64,000 nt of DNA from the human T2T-CHM13v2.0 reference genome, Homo sapiens: NCBI RefSeq assembly GCF_009914755.1, contig NC_060929.1; one strand, written 5' to 3'. The notes under the pieces were generated by a model, which was not told the DNA's origin, did not search any database, and worked only from the letters and a program-made list of their open reading frames with translations. How positions within the stretch are numbered: the first letter of the stretch is position 1; each line of letters opens with the position of its first letter. Made by a program: the position numbers and the translations under genes. Positions 39,390 to 52,308 of this stretch are shown here, in pieces.

Positions 39390-40370
39390 TGGTAATGACA
39401 GAATAGCTTATTTCAGACTAACTCTCCCACTGATAATTAATATAAACTCTGGGCAAAATATTTTCTAAAAAAAAAGTTTGAATGCACTGAAATAAAACAA
39501 AAGAAGGCATATACAAAAGAGGATATGCTATGTGAAAGAAGGGAAGCAAACTAGATGACTGCCACCTTTACTCACTGTTCCCCGGAGGGCCTGTCCTAAT
39601 TTGCTAAGGAGTCTAGTGAAATACATCTCAGATGCAAAGAGGTAGCCTTAGTGGGCTACTAAAAAATACATTGGGTTGTCAGAAAAATCCTAGAAAGGAG
39701 AAATTCACAGAAAAGGAAGAACAAAATCAGCATTAAAATTTTATTCAAATTGTTGGTTGACTAGTAAACTGTTCATGTATAAGAATATGACCCATGACTT
39801 AGAAGAAAGCAGCAGCTGAAAGGCAGGAATTTTACCAGCCACCTAGTTCAGGGGATGCATAGTTTGGCTTTTAAGTCTTATCAAGTTAGAGGAGCCTGAT
39901 GAAGACATCAGGCTTTCCAACAAAACCCAAGAAGGACCACACCTTAGAAACAAGGCCAGTACTAAGGACTATGCTCTCTAGGACTAAGGACAGAACAAAA
40001 AGCAGCCCACACTACACCAGCCTAAAACCATCTATCCACAGGTCAAGATGTTTAGTCAATAATTTAACAGCCCAAAAGAACAAAACGCAACAACTTTAGA
40101 GGAAGAAACAAAATGCAGAGTTTCTACAACATGTCAATCATCGTGTCCCATATACAGTCAAATAATACAGGACAAAGAAGCAGGAAAATCTGACCCATAA
40201 TCAAGAGAAAAGGAATACCAACAGAAGCTACCCCATAAGTGGCCCAGCTGTTTTTATTAGCAGATAAGAACTTTAAAACAGCTGTTACAAATACATTATG
40301 GGTTTATAGAAAAAAAAATGACAACGGGGGATCTTGGCAGAGTAATGGAAAGTTTAAAAAAATTTAAAGT
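39390..40370 (+). mobile_element. Old L1M 5' region
   Basis: aagaagcaggaaaatctgacccataatcaagagaaaa...ttagcagataagaactttaaaacagct. Confidence 0.6.
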
Positions 40371-41542
40371 TTATTTTAAAAAGAAGGAATTGTTTAGCTA
40401 CAAATTCATCAACCAGTAAATAAATAAAGAGCACAATGCATCTGGGTACGTCCTGCGTGGCAGCACATTCAGTCATAGGGTGGGAGAGAGGCTGTGCTGC
40501 TACCCTTCAGCCAGAGCAGTGTCTATTCCCTCCTTTCTTCCTGCCTTGCAGGCCTAGCCTTGGGACAGATCCAAGTAGATAATAGCTCATGGGCTCCATA
40601 CCAGGCAGGTGGCTTCCATGCTTCCATAAGTGACTGAAATTAAATATTAACTACAGCCTGTCAAATTATAACAATAGACCCTTGTATTTTGTATTTTTAT
40701 GAAACTTTATATTTAGTAAAGGCTTCCACATATCTTTCCAATGTTCCTGGCAATAACTAGAAGCTAGTGTGATATGAATGCCATGGTCTCTTCATAAAAT
40801 AACTGTCTCTCAGATAAGGTTTCAAAAGATGCCGTTGCCTTCAGTATCTTAAAAAGGATTGCTATACAATTAATTGGTAAAAAGCTCAAGCCTCATTAGA
40901 AAGAATGGCATCAACTCTGAGCTAGGGGACCCTGAGCATATGGGGGTACCAGGTGATGTATTTACTTTGCAATTATCCAAGAGTGCTTGACTGAAAGGTA
41001 ATTGACAATCCCCTAGATACTAGATGTTGATTCAGTTCACAGCTTCATCTTGAGAATCTGGTCTATACCCAGCTCTGATCTCAGAAATCACCACAAAAAT
41101 ACATCATTGTAAACTGATCTACAAATCCCCACATATCTGAATCTGAATTCTATCATCTTCCAGAATTTCTAAGACTGTCTTAAAATACATTTAAAAATCA
41201 CTAAATGCTTTTTACTAAAGTATTCTTCAAAGTTTCTTTTGCAAAAAAATACACAGTTCAAAAGATAGCATCTCTGGTGAGGCCTTGCCTTGCCACTATG
41301 AGATGGGAGGATATTCGGGGTAAAGTATCTAATAACAGTGATAGCAGGTGAGGAGATCTGAAAGGCAGAATGTCACATAAGCTGATCAGGTCATTTTGAC
41401 TGAATGCAGAGGCAATCAAAGTTAAAAGTCCTCCTTCAAATGCCACTTAAGTTAATCACTGAACAATTCATTTAAGTCCCCTTTTGACACATCAGGCTAC
41501 TGAAAAGCTTTTATTTGAGTCTGTATTGAAATTTTCAACTCA

Positions 41543-41834
41543 GGCCAGGTGTAACTGCACATGCCTTTAATCCCAAAGGTTTGGGAGGCCGAAGTGGGAG
41601 GGCTGCTTGAGTCCAGAAGTTCAAGACCAGCCTGGGCAACATAGCCAGACCCTCTCTGAATAAATTTTTTTTAATTAGCTTGGTGTAGTGGTGCCTGCCT
41701 GTAGTTGTAGCTACTCAGGAGGCTGAGGCAGGAGGATCGCTTCAGCCCAGAAGTTCAAGCCTGCCCTGAGCTATCAATGCACCACTGTAGTCTAGCCTGG
41801 GTGACAGAATGAGACTCCATCTCTAAAATAAAAA
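41543..41834 (+). mobile_element. AluJ
   Basis: gcttgagtccagaagttcaagaccagcctgggcaacatag and ggaggatcgctt. Confidence 0.93.
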
Positions 41835-41972
41835 TTTGTAAAATCAGTTGCTATGGTGCAAAAAATGTATATTATGATTTTCAGAAAAAAACACAAATAA
41901 ACATTTTTCAAAACTCTTTCAAGGGAAAGAGTTCTATTTCTAGGATGTTTATAAAATGTCATATATGAATAT

Positions 41973-42094
41973 CCTAGTGGGTACACTGTAGATTGTTTGG
42001 GTGATGGATACCCTAAAAGCCCTGACTTCACCACTACACAATCTAACCATGTAACAAAATTACACTAGTACCCAAGACATTTACACAAATAAAA
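41973..42094 (+). mobile_element. L1MA 3' tail
   Basis: gggtgatggataccctaaaagccctgacttcaccact. Confidence 0.85.
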
Positions 42095-43719
42095 TTGTTT
42101 TTTAAAAATCACTTAAAGATATTTTCTTCAACTTGTTACTTGAAAAGATATTTTAAAAAGTAATTAACCCTTTCTTCATAGACTATATACCAACTTAAAA
42201 ATCCAATTTCAGTATTCAAGCTCATAGAGAGTAAACCTTACACCCTAGGGCAAGTGATGAAATCTGGGGAAAACCTACTGAAATTTTATATAGCCTCACA
42301 ATATATTTACTGACTTAAAATGAAGCCTAGTTATCAAGAATTTGACATCTTTTCAAAAACATTTATTGATTAAAAACTTAAGAATGCAAAGTTCTGCTTA
42401 ATGCTGGCCTTGATGTTTAGAAACATATCATTGCTATGTTTACACAATGTCAAATACATTATTTATTTTATTTCTAAAACTAAATCAGGGGATGACATTC
42501 ATTGATCCACCTGACTTTTATCCAGGATAAGATTCCATTCCTCTACCCTAATCAGTATGCACCTTACTAGGGAACTCTAAATTGAGTTACTTCCTAAAAT
42601 AAAGAAAGGTCCAGGAAATCATTTGCCGTAAGTTTCCAGGAAGGTTATTGACCCTTTAGGATGAGACTTCTGGTTGCCATAAATTCAGTGTGCACTTAGG
42701 TCTAGGAGTTGCAAGTAGTCTCTCAAGGTATTAAAAAAAAAAAGAGGTGGGGAGCATCTTTCCCAGTCAGAACTACTGGTGTAAGAAATTCACTAGGTCC
42801 ACTGCCTAAGAGTTTGCAGGGCCAGCTATTCTGTTTGGCCTGCAAACTTTCAGACGAGCCTACAAGCAAGTTGACAGTATTTTAAAATACATGGACAAAA
42901 TAATTATCAGGTAATGTCAGGATAGCAACAATTATATGAATCAGTTTCAAAATGAATAATGAAAAAGCACTGTGTTCCAAAACAAAGAAGTGATTTACAA
43001 TATATAAGAAGAGTAAATTAGTTTTTGCATGTGTGTGTGTTTTTGTTCCAAGTTTCAATGCAGAAGTCTGGCATCCCTGAGTTTTCCCTCATGCTTCAGT
43101 GTTAAGAAAAAAATGCAGGTCATGATAGTTGATCTTTTCATAGTAGGAAAGGCTCAAATAAATTACAATTAAGAAAAATAATGTGCAATAAAAACCACAT
43201 TAGAATAACAAAAAAGCATTGCCTGAGAAAGATCTTGTTCTTTTGTGTGGCATTTGTAACTGGCTAGATACAGTTTATTTGTTCTTTTTGTAATGGGGCC
43301 AGATGTCACTCATTCCACATGTAGTATCCAGATTGAAATGAAATGAGGTAGAACTGACCCAGGCTGGACAAGGAAGGACTATGGAAGAGGTAAGGCAGGA
43401 TCTACATAAAGTAATAATGGCAGAATTATTGATCATGTCTCTTTGGGTTTGTGTTGTTTTCAAAAAGGAAGATATAAAATTAAGTAAGGGGGGAAACGTA
43501 AGATATAGATATGGTTGATCTCATCTGCACTGAGTCATGTTTGGAAGGTTAAGTCCAGGAAGTAGTAGGAAACTGACTGAGCAGGCAACAGAAGAGAAGA
43601 AAGTACTCTGACTGAGAGGTTACTTACTTGGCCCTGGAAATAGAAAAGTATTTAAAAGTTTACATCTCCCAGAAAATTGGAAAGCAAAAGAAAGAATAAT
43701 AGGTGGTAACAAAATAAAA

Positions 43720-43910
43720 ATAATCATATCTAACATGTGGGTGGCTTTATTTACTTTTAATTTAATTCTTATTATGAATCTAAAGGGTATTAGTTGCCCA
43801 CTGTAAAGATGAGGAAACTGGAGCTCAAAGCTATTAAATGATGGTCACGGTGACACAGAGGTCATAAACAAAAGGCCCAAAACCAGAACTTCTGTTTCCA
43901 AGTTCATATT
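43720..43910 (-). mobile_element. MIR
   Basis: taaagatgaggaaactggagctc core. Confidence 0.65.
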
Positions 43911-44304
43911 CTGTGCTCCGTAGCTCAGCTGGCTCTATAGCGGGGGGAGAAATGACTCAAAACAGTTTTTCTTCTCCTCTTCAATTGAATACAATTTTAT
44001 TCAACAACTATGTATTGAACACCTATGTTTTGAATGCTTTGGATGTACTTATAAAACATAGTATCTTCCTTGTTTCAAAGACCTTCAAAAATAATACTGG
44101 GAAAAGGAAAGTAAAGATAAATAAAGTCATAGATGTAGAAATAAATACTAAAATATATGTGTGGAATATATACATGTACATTAAATATTGAGATTTATTT
44201 TTATAAACTTTACAATTTGTGAAAAATCAGCAGTTATGTATTGGTTGTAGGGAAATTTCAAAACATTTCCTAAGCTTATCTGGTGATAATAATAACAACA
44301 GCAA

Positions 44305-44495
44305 TAATAATAGTTAATATTTATTAAATGCTAACCGTGAATCAAGCATTCTTCTAAGTACATTTATCTATTAACTCATTCAATCCTCATAACTCTCTAA
44401 GATAGATAGCATTAGACCTATTTTATAAGTAAAGAGGTAAAATAGTTTAACCAAGATCATATGGCTAATAAATTGTAGTCAAGATTCAAACACAG
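44305..44495 (-). mobile_element. MIR
   Basis: attaactcattcaatcctcataac...ccaagatcatatggcta. Confidence 0.75.
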
Positions 44496-44770
44496 AAAAA
44501 TGGTCTCATAGATAAAGCCACTTTATATTAAGCCCTAAATATCCATGAACCTCAAAAGTTTATTAGCTTTCCTCCTCTTACTAAATTAGCCATGAAGGTA
44601 AACAACTGTACTTCCGTATTTAATGAAGATTAAATGCTTGCCAGGCCCCAACCTGCAGCTGAGAAAATCAGTCACATTAGTTTCTTTTCTGTAGGTGACT
44701 ATGCTTTCTAATTTGGGATTTCACATTATAACGTATGATCTCAACTAATGGACCACAATTGGTGCCTGTG

Positions 44771-44878
44771 TCAATAGTAGCTGTCCACTGGCAAACCAAT
44801 GGCAAGAATGTTTTGAGCACATTCTCTGATGTACTCAAGATACATGTCCAGTACTCGGTAGTAACAATGGTGCTTAAA
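44771..44878 (-). other. Candidate terminal coding exon (FKHHCYYRVLDMYLEYIRECAQNILAIGLPVDSYY*)
   Basis: Acceptor tctttcttgtaatgtctctag, open frame to TGA, AATAAA on minus at 44559-44564; protein not recognised. Confidence 0.3.
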
Positions 44879-45119
44879 CTAGAGACATTACAAGAAAGAT
44901 GTCTGTAGAGCAATAGATACTCTATCTTGGATCAACTTACCCAAGAAGTGAGAGCTATTCTTTTGCTGGAGACAACTCATGGGATGTCTACGTATTTCCG
45001 TGGCATTAAAAAATTTTAGCTGTTGAAATATCTATAATTGTGACTTCAGTGAGCTAAGTTTAGTATTTCTTAAGTGCCACAATAGTGATATTCCCTCGAT
45101 ACAGGGCACATCCTCAAGT

Positions 45120-46995
45120 ATCAGGTAAATTGAGCTAATTAACATATGCATTAGCTCATAAACTTACGTTTTGTAGTGAGAACACTTAAAATCTACTGTC
45201 TTAGCTATTTTCAAGAATATAATATATTGTTATTAATATACTCAACATGTACAATAGATTTCTTGAATTTATTCATCCTATCTAACTGAAATTGTAAATA
45301 CTTTGACCAACATCTGCCCAAATCCCACCTCCAACCCTCAGTCCCTAGGAACCACCACTCTATTATCTAGTTCTATGAGTTCAACTTTTAAAAATTCCAC
45401 ATATGAATGAGATTATGCAGCATTTGTCTTTCTCTGTCTGGGTTATTTACTTAACATAATGTCCTTTGTATATGGTATAAGGTTCATCCATATTGTCACA
45501 AGTGACATGATTTTCTTTTTTATGCCTGAATAGTATTCCATTGTGCGCGCGCGCGTGTGTGTGTGTATATATAAACACTTTCTTTCTCCATTTATTTGCT
45601 GGACACTTAGGTTGATTCCAGATCTTGGCTATTGTGAATAATGCTAGGAACGTCGGAATGCAAATATCTCTTCCACATACTGATTTCATTTCCTTTGGAT
45701 ATTTGGATATTTGCACAGTTGTGGGGTTGCTGGATCATATCATAGTTCTAGTTTTAATTTTTTAATCAAATTTTAAAAACTAATTTAAATATAATTTTTG
45801 AAATTATGTTTTCTGTAATGCCTACGCTAATTTACGTTCCCACCAACAGGATACAATGGTTTCCTGTTCTCCACATCTTTGCCAACACCTGTGATTTTTC
45901 ATCTTTTTGATAATAGCCATTCTTACAGGTGTGAAGTGATATCTTGTGGTTTTCATTTGCATTTCTGTGATAATTAATGATACTGAGAGTTTTTTCATCT
46001 ATGTGTTAGCCATTTGCATGTCATCTTTGAAAAAATATCTAGCCAGGTCCTTTGCCCATTTTTAAATCAGGTTATGTGTTTTCCTGCTATTGAGTTGACT
46101 TTCTTATATATTTTAAATACTAACCCCTTATCAGATGTATGATTTGCAGATAGTTTATCTCATTTAGTTGATTGTCTCTTCACTCTGTTGATTGTTGCCT
46201 TGGTTCTACAGAAACTTAATAATTTGATGCAATCTCATTTGTCTATTTTTGCTCTTGTCTATTTTGCTATTTGTCTATTTTGCTCTTGTCTATTTTGCTT
46301 GGGATCATATCCAAAAAATCATTCCCTAGATCAGTATCACAATGCTCTTTTTACTATTTTTTTAGTAATTTTATATTCACAAGTTTTACATTTAAGTCTT
46401 TAACCCATTTTGAGTTGAATTTTGTATATAGTGTGAGATAAAAGTCTGAATGTGGATATCCAGTTTTCCCAACATCACTTGTTAAAGAGACGGTTCTTTT
46501 CTCATTGTATGTTCTTGGCAACTTTGTTGAAAATCATTTGGTTGTTACCTGTGGGTTTATTTCTGGGCTCTCTATTCTGTTCCATTGGTATATATGTCTG
46601 TTTTTATGCCAGCAGCATGCTGTTTTGATTACCATATCTTTGTAGTGTATGTTAAAATAAGGTAAGGTGATGCTTTCAGCTTTGTTCTTTCTGCTCAAGG
46701 TTGCTTTGGCTATTTGGGGTCTTTTGTGGTTTCATACAAATTTTAGAATTGTCTTTCTCTTTTCATGAAAAATGTCATTGCATTGAATCTATAGACCACT
46801 TGGGGTAGTATGAATATTTTAACAATATTAATTCTTCCCATCCATGAACACAGAATATCTTTCCATTGAATTGTGTCCCCTTCAATTTCTTCAATCAGTG
46901 TTTTGGAGTTTTCAAGGTATATGTCCTTAACCTCCTTGATTAATTTTATTCCTATTTTATTTGTGACTGTTGTAATTTGTTTCTTTTTTTGCATC
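45120..46995 (-). mobile_element. L1MA (MA4-6-like) 3' 1.9 kb
   Basis: gtagtgagaacacttaaaatctac 3'UTR; ORF2 peptide WKDILCSWMGRINIVK. Confidence 0.9.
45542..45572. repeat. Alternating (CG)n(TG)n(TA)n microsatellite, Z-DNA prone
   Basis: tgtgcgcgcgcgcgtgtgtgtgtgtatatata. Confidence 0.9.
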
Positions 46996-47059
46996 CTATT
47001 TCAGGTTCCTATATATGTATATGTGTCTGTGCATGCACATGTGCACACACACACACATA

Positions 47060-47650
47060 TATGAGGCATTGTACTTCTTATTTCTAGAAGTTTAATTTCA
47101 ATCTTTTTTATGTATTCCATATCTCTACTTAAATTTTTTAACTGTATGGAATATCATTATATAAAACATTTAAAATGTTCTTGTCAGCTAATTTTAACAC
47201 CTGTATCAGTCCCAGGATGGTTTTAATTGATTTGTTTTTCTCCTCACTATGGATCCTATTTTTCTGCTTCTTTTTATGTCTAGTAATATTTGGTTAGACA
47301 CCAGACGTTATAATTTTACCTTATCGAACTAGCCATGTTGTATTTCTATAAATATTTTGCTTTGGGACACAATTAAATAATTTGAAAATAGTTTGATCTT
47401 TATACATCTTGTTTTTAAGATTTGACAGATGAGAGCAGAACAGTTTCAGTCTAGGGCTAATTATTTCCCCAAAACAAGGCAAGACCATTTTGAGTACTCT
47501 CTTCATTGCTCATGTATTATGAGGTTTTTCCATTGTGGCTGATAGGACAAAGCAATATTCCAAGCCCTACCTCGGCATTAGGCACTGTTCCCTCTAATTC
47601 TTTCTGAATTCTCTCCTCACTCTTGGGCTGTTTCTTCACAGGCATAAGCT
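47060..47650 (-). mobile_element. Old L1M 5' region fragment
   Basis: ttatttctagaagtttaattt...cagtctagggctaattatttcccc. Confidence 0.55.
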
Positions 47651-47689
47651 GGCCAGTAAATATTAACAGTTTTTAGAATATATTTTATA

Positions 47690-48166
47690 GCAGATTACAG
47701 AGTCTCAAATGTCCAAGATACAATCCAAACTTACTCAACATTCACAGACCAGAAAAATGTTACCACATCACAAAGAAAGGCAATCAACAGAGCCCAACTC
47801 TGAGATAACCCAGATGTTGGAATTGTTACAAAGACTTAAAGCAACTATAATTAAGCTCAATGAGAACAAGGAAAATATTCATATAATGAACTAATGGATG
47901 GAAAATAGCACAGAAATAGGCAACCTAATAAAAACAAGTGGAAATTTCAGAAATGAAAAAAATCTAACAGGTGAAAATTTAAAATTCAGTTTCATGGCAG
48001 AATAAAGATGACAAGAGAAGGAATCTGTGTACATAATAGATCAAAATAAATTATCAATTCTGATAAACAGAAAAAAATTATAAAATAAATTTTAAAAGTC
48101 TCAAGATTATGTAAGACAATATCAAAGGGGTAATTGGAGTCCCAGAAGGAGAATAGTGAGACATGA

Positions 48167-48211
<45 letters not shown>

Positions 48212-48890
48212 ATACATACACACATATATATACATTATTTCTTTGAATCTTTGACTATATGTATATGTGTATATACATATATACACATATAAACATATAT
48301 ATTCAAAGAAATAATGTCTATAAATATATAAAACTCATGTCTCACTATTAAATATATATATATATAAATTTATATATTTACCTAGTTTTACCAAATTAGG
48401 TAAATATATGAATATATAAATCCGAGATGTCCAAATCCCCAAACAGCAGAAATGTTAAGAAAGCCAAGCCTAGACACATCAAATTATTGAAAACTAAAGG
48501 CAAAGAGAAAATTTCAAAAGCAAAAGAGAATAAGAAACAACATTACATACACAGGAAGAAAGACTTGAATGGTCAGAAGCTTTCTCCAATCACATAGCAT
48601 GAAGGCTAGAAGACAGGGAACAACATCTTTAAAGTAGTGAAAGAACAAAACTGCCAACTCAGAATTCTACAAGTGAAAATATCTTTTGAGAATAAAGAAG
48701 TGATGAAGACATTTTCAGAAAAACTGAAAAAAAATTAAAAAATATGTGTGTACACCAGACCTATGCTGTTAGAAATGCTAAACAAAGTTAAAGAAAATGA
48801 TGTCAGAGGGAAACCTTCAGCCACAAATAAAAATAATTAGAATGCTTATTGTAAGTAAATTATACCTCAATAAAGTTATTTTTAATTTTT
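47690..48890 (+). mobile_element. Old L1M/HAL1-like ORF1 fragment with an internal (TA)n and inverted duplication
   Basis: gagataacccagatgttggaatt...taattggagtcccagaagga...caacatctttaaagt. Confidence 0.7.
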
Positions 48891-49832
48891 TAAAGTAAAT
48901 TAGTCTAGCTAACATCATGGTTCAAATGAGAAAAATGACAAAACTTAGAAAAATGAGGTAGGAGTATATTAGCTGTTTTGCACCAAAAAGCCCAATGAGG
49001 GTGAACCTAAGAACAGATTCTAAGCTTTCATTCATTGCTTTTGAAAACAAAATTATTATTTTCTCTCTCTCTATGTCAAAAATAAATGTGTGGTTTTAAA
49101 TGAGTTTTATATTCTAACTGGATGATAGATGCAATACATACCATCTTGGTTTTCAAATACTGGTAAAACTTAGCTCTGGAAGAGAATTAGAGAAAAGCTA
49201 TGGCATTCTTTCACCCCTGAGCCAATTCTAGTTCTTCAGCCAGAATGCTTACTGAGGTTCAAGTGAGAATTACATGGATAAATAAGAGATTTAATGTATT
49301 ACAAATTCACTGGAAGAGCAAAAAAACAATTGTGATGATCAAAACTTTAGAAATCAGATTTTGCAAACAAAGAGAAGCCTACAAGATTAATTAATGAGAG
49401 CATGGAAGAGAAAAATCAGAAATTAGAAACTGAAAATGCAATGGAAATGAAATAAATTGACTGAAGACATGCATCAACAAAGCCAGTGAAATTGGACCCA
49501 GTTTTTCTTTGCTATCAAAATTACCATTTAGTTAAAAAGCAAAAACTAAGTAGCTTTGTATTTCAGAAATTCTCCTTGAAATAATATTCAGTATTAATTT
49601 CAAGTGAAATTACAGAGCATTTCTGGATAGGAATGATTTACTTCCATTGTGTTTTAAATGAACTAATTCTAATATCTATTTGATTCTACGCATCTATGTG
49701 AAACAAACACTTCTAACTCCTTTGTTCATTTGTAAATCCCCACACCTCCCAAACAAACAAACAAAAATATGTTCATGGGAAGCAGGCTTTCACAATCGTG
49801 AATATGTATTGCCCTATAAATTAGTTGTTGAT

Positions 49833-49889
49833 ATGTGTGTCTCCTTTGTTATAATGAACTCCAATGTGTGTCTCCTTTGTTATAATAAA
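49833..49889. repeat. 31 bp period tandem duplication
   Basis: atgtgtgtctcctttgttataat occurs twice. Confidence 0.9.
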
Positions 49890-49990
49890 GAAGAGGAATT
49901 CCTTATTTACCTTTGAGCTGCCAGTGCCTAGTACATGAGAGATGTTCAACAAAGCACTGTTAAATACATTTAATTCTGCATTTGTTTCTG

Positions 49991-50172
49991 CAGGGCTAGA
50001 TATACAATTTGAGAGCAAGAGTCCAGTGTATAATAATAATGTGGGGCCCCTTGTTAAAAACTTATTAGAAATTTCAGGGTGGTGACTACAGAGCTTGAAA
50101 ACAAGCCCAGGTCCCTTCTGAGAATGAAGCCCTATGTGACTGCCCATGTCACTTGCCCAGGAACCCACACTA
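49991..50172 (-). mobile_element. MER91A-like hAT-Tip100 element
   Basis: aatgtggggccccttgttaaaaacttattag...cccttctgag...gccctatgtgactgc. Confidence 0.7.
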
Positions 50173-50799
50173 TATTTATGCTGTCAAATGCCTACCAGCA
50201 TTTACTTCTGCTCCTGAATAGGAAGTAATTTAGAAATGGCTCCATTCCAAAATGGTATAATAATAATAACAACAGCAGGATTTTTTTTTTTAAACAGGCT
50301 TCTGGCCTGTTACATACAACATAGTAGGGGGAAAAAAACTGGAGAATCAGAGGTATAACAATTGAAAAGTGACCAGTTTCCAAATAAGGTTAAGAATGCA
50401 AAACAGTGAAAAATATAGTGGGAAGGTGACAAGAATAAATGTTCAACATTTTATTAGTAAGCTTTGTAGCTTTGTTCTTTCTAAATGTACCTGTTTAATA
50501 AAAACTTCACAATTAACCACAGTATTTGATTAGCCAAACTAATTTTGGATAATTTCAAGTTCCTTATATTTACATGCAGTATTCTAATGTCAAATATTTA
50601 GATTATGATAAAATGTCACTGATGCTAAATATGTTTAGGAATTTTTTTTTCCATGATTCCAAAGGCTCTTCAAGGCATTGTTATGAGGTATCTTTTTCCT
50701 TTGACCTTCAGATGCAAAGGGTTGAGCTAATCAGGCTGTGTAGGTCAGGGCATGTTATTACATTGGACTATAAAAAAGTCTCTTTTCTTTATTTGGTTC

Positions 50800-51950
50800 C
50801 TCTTATTTCCTTTCCTACATGCTATTCACTACTCCCTCTCTAGGCAGCCATTTCTGTTCAATGTGTTTAGTTTTCATTATATATTTAACTATAAAAATGT
50901 GATTTTTTTGTTTTAAATGCATGAATTCCAATTGTGATTTCTAATATATGAATTCATTTAGGTAAATAGTGTTTTCATGTGTTTACTAAGCACTGTGTTT
51001 TTAAAATCCATCTATATTTGCTATATGAATATCATTTATTATTTCTAACCACTATATAGTATTCCATAATATGCACCCAACACATTCTATTATCTGCTCT
51101 GCCAGTGATGATTAGTTCAACTCCCACCACCACAAATAATACAGCAATAAACATCCTTGTACATGTCCCCTAATGAATCTGTGTGAGACTTTTCTTGGGA
51201 TATATATTGAAGAAATAAATAATTTAGACATAAGGTATGAGAACATAGATTTGAATAAGTGAGCTCATATTGCCCTTCTGAGTGGATACATTAGTTTTAT
51301 CTCCCACCAGCAATAAATATGGATACCTATACCTCTACAAACTTGTCAATAGTTGGCATTGTTTAGCTTTCTACTTAATGCCTGGAGCATAGGTATAAAA
51401 TGATAGCTCATCATTCTTTTGATTTGCATTTTCAGCATTACAAATGAATTTGAGCATCTCTTTGCTTGTTAACCTCTTGAGATGCCACTTTGTAAGCTGC
51501 CTTTCAAATCTCATGCTCATTTTTTATTGAAGTTTCTGTCAGCTTCTTGTTAATTTGTAAGAATTCCTTTTCTAGTCTAGTTATTAATGCCTTATTACTT
51601 GTAGATACTACAAATGATTCCCACCTTTTGTCATCCTGTTCCCTATGCATTATCTTAGTCTCTGATGTCCTTCATTGAACAGATATTTAATTCTGATAAA
51701 AAATATGATCAGTTTTCTTCTTATGCTTTACAGTTTAAAGGTTGTGTTGAACAACTCCTTCCCTGCTCCTAAATCACAAACATATGCTCCTGAATTATCT
51801 TCTCTTACTTTATACTATCACTTTTCACATGTAGGTATTTAATTAGGTATACATTGTAAGGTACTCTGTATAGAGAACAAGTTTTCCTAACATCATCAAC
51901 AATCTATTCTTTCCCATGGATTTGTGCTGCAACATCAAAATATCATTGTG
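50800..51950 (-). mobile_element. L1ME 3' fragment
   Basis: tatagtattccat...aataaacatccttgtacatgtc...ctcccaccagcaat. Confidence 0.75.
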
Positions 51951-52099
51951 CTAGCAAAAATTAAATGCTAAAGAGGTCGATTTTTGATAAATCATTTTAT
52001 GATTTGCTTTCTGACACGCTGAGCAAAAAATAATGAAAAGTGAATTTTGTAAAAGGAAACTTTGTATAGGGAAATTTGCATAATAATTTGCATAACAAT

Positions 52100-52308
52100 T
52101 TAAGACATTCAATACTGGGATAGTAGCCACAAGAAAAGTCACCTTTCTGTCACTGGAAGTGTTTAAGCCGAGGTTGAATGTCCACCTGATGAATCCCATA
52201 TAATAAGTGTATGGTTGATGACTTGTCCTCAGTTCTTTCATGTGCAATATAAGAGGACCATGCTATCTACCATCTAGGCCCTACATCAGATTAAGTTCAA
52301 TGATTCTT
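52100..52308 (+). mobile_element. L3/CR1 and MIR3-like fragments
   Basis: ctgtcactggaagtgtttaagccgaggttgaatgtccacctg and cctcagttctttcatgtg. Confidence 0.5.

Noticed and set aside
46220-46280. Repeated ttgtctattttgct units
   Set aside because: Ordinary slippage inside an L1
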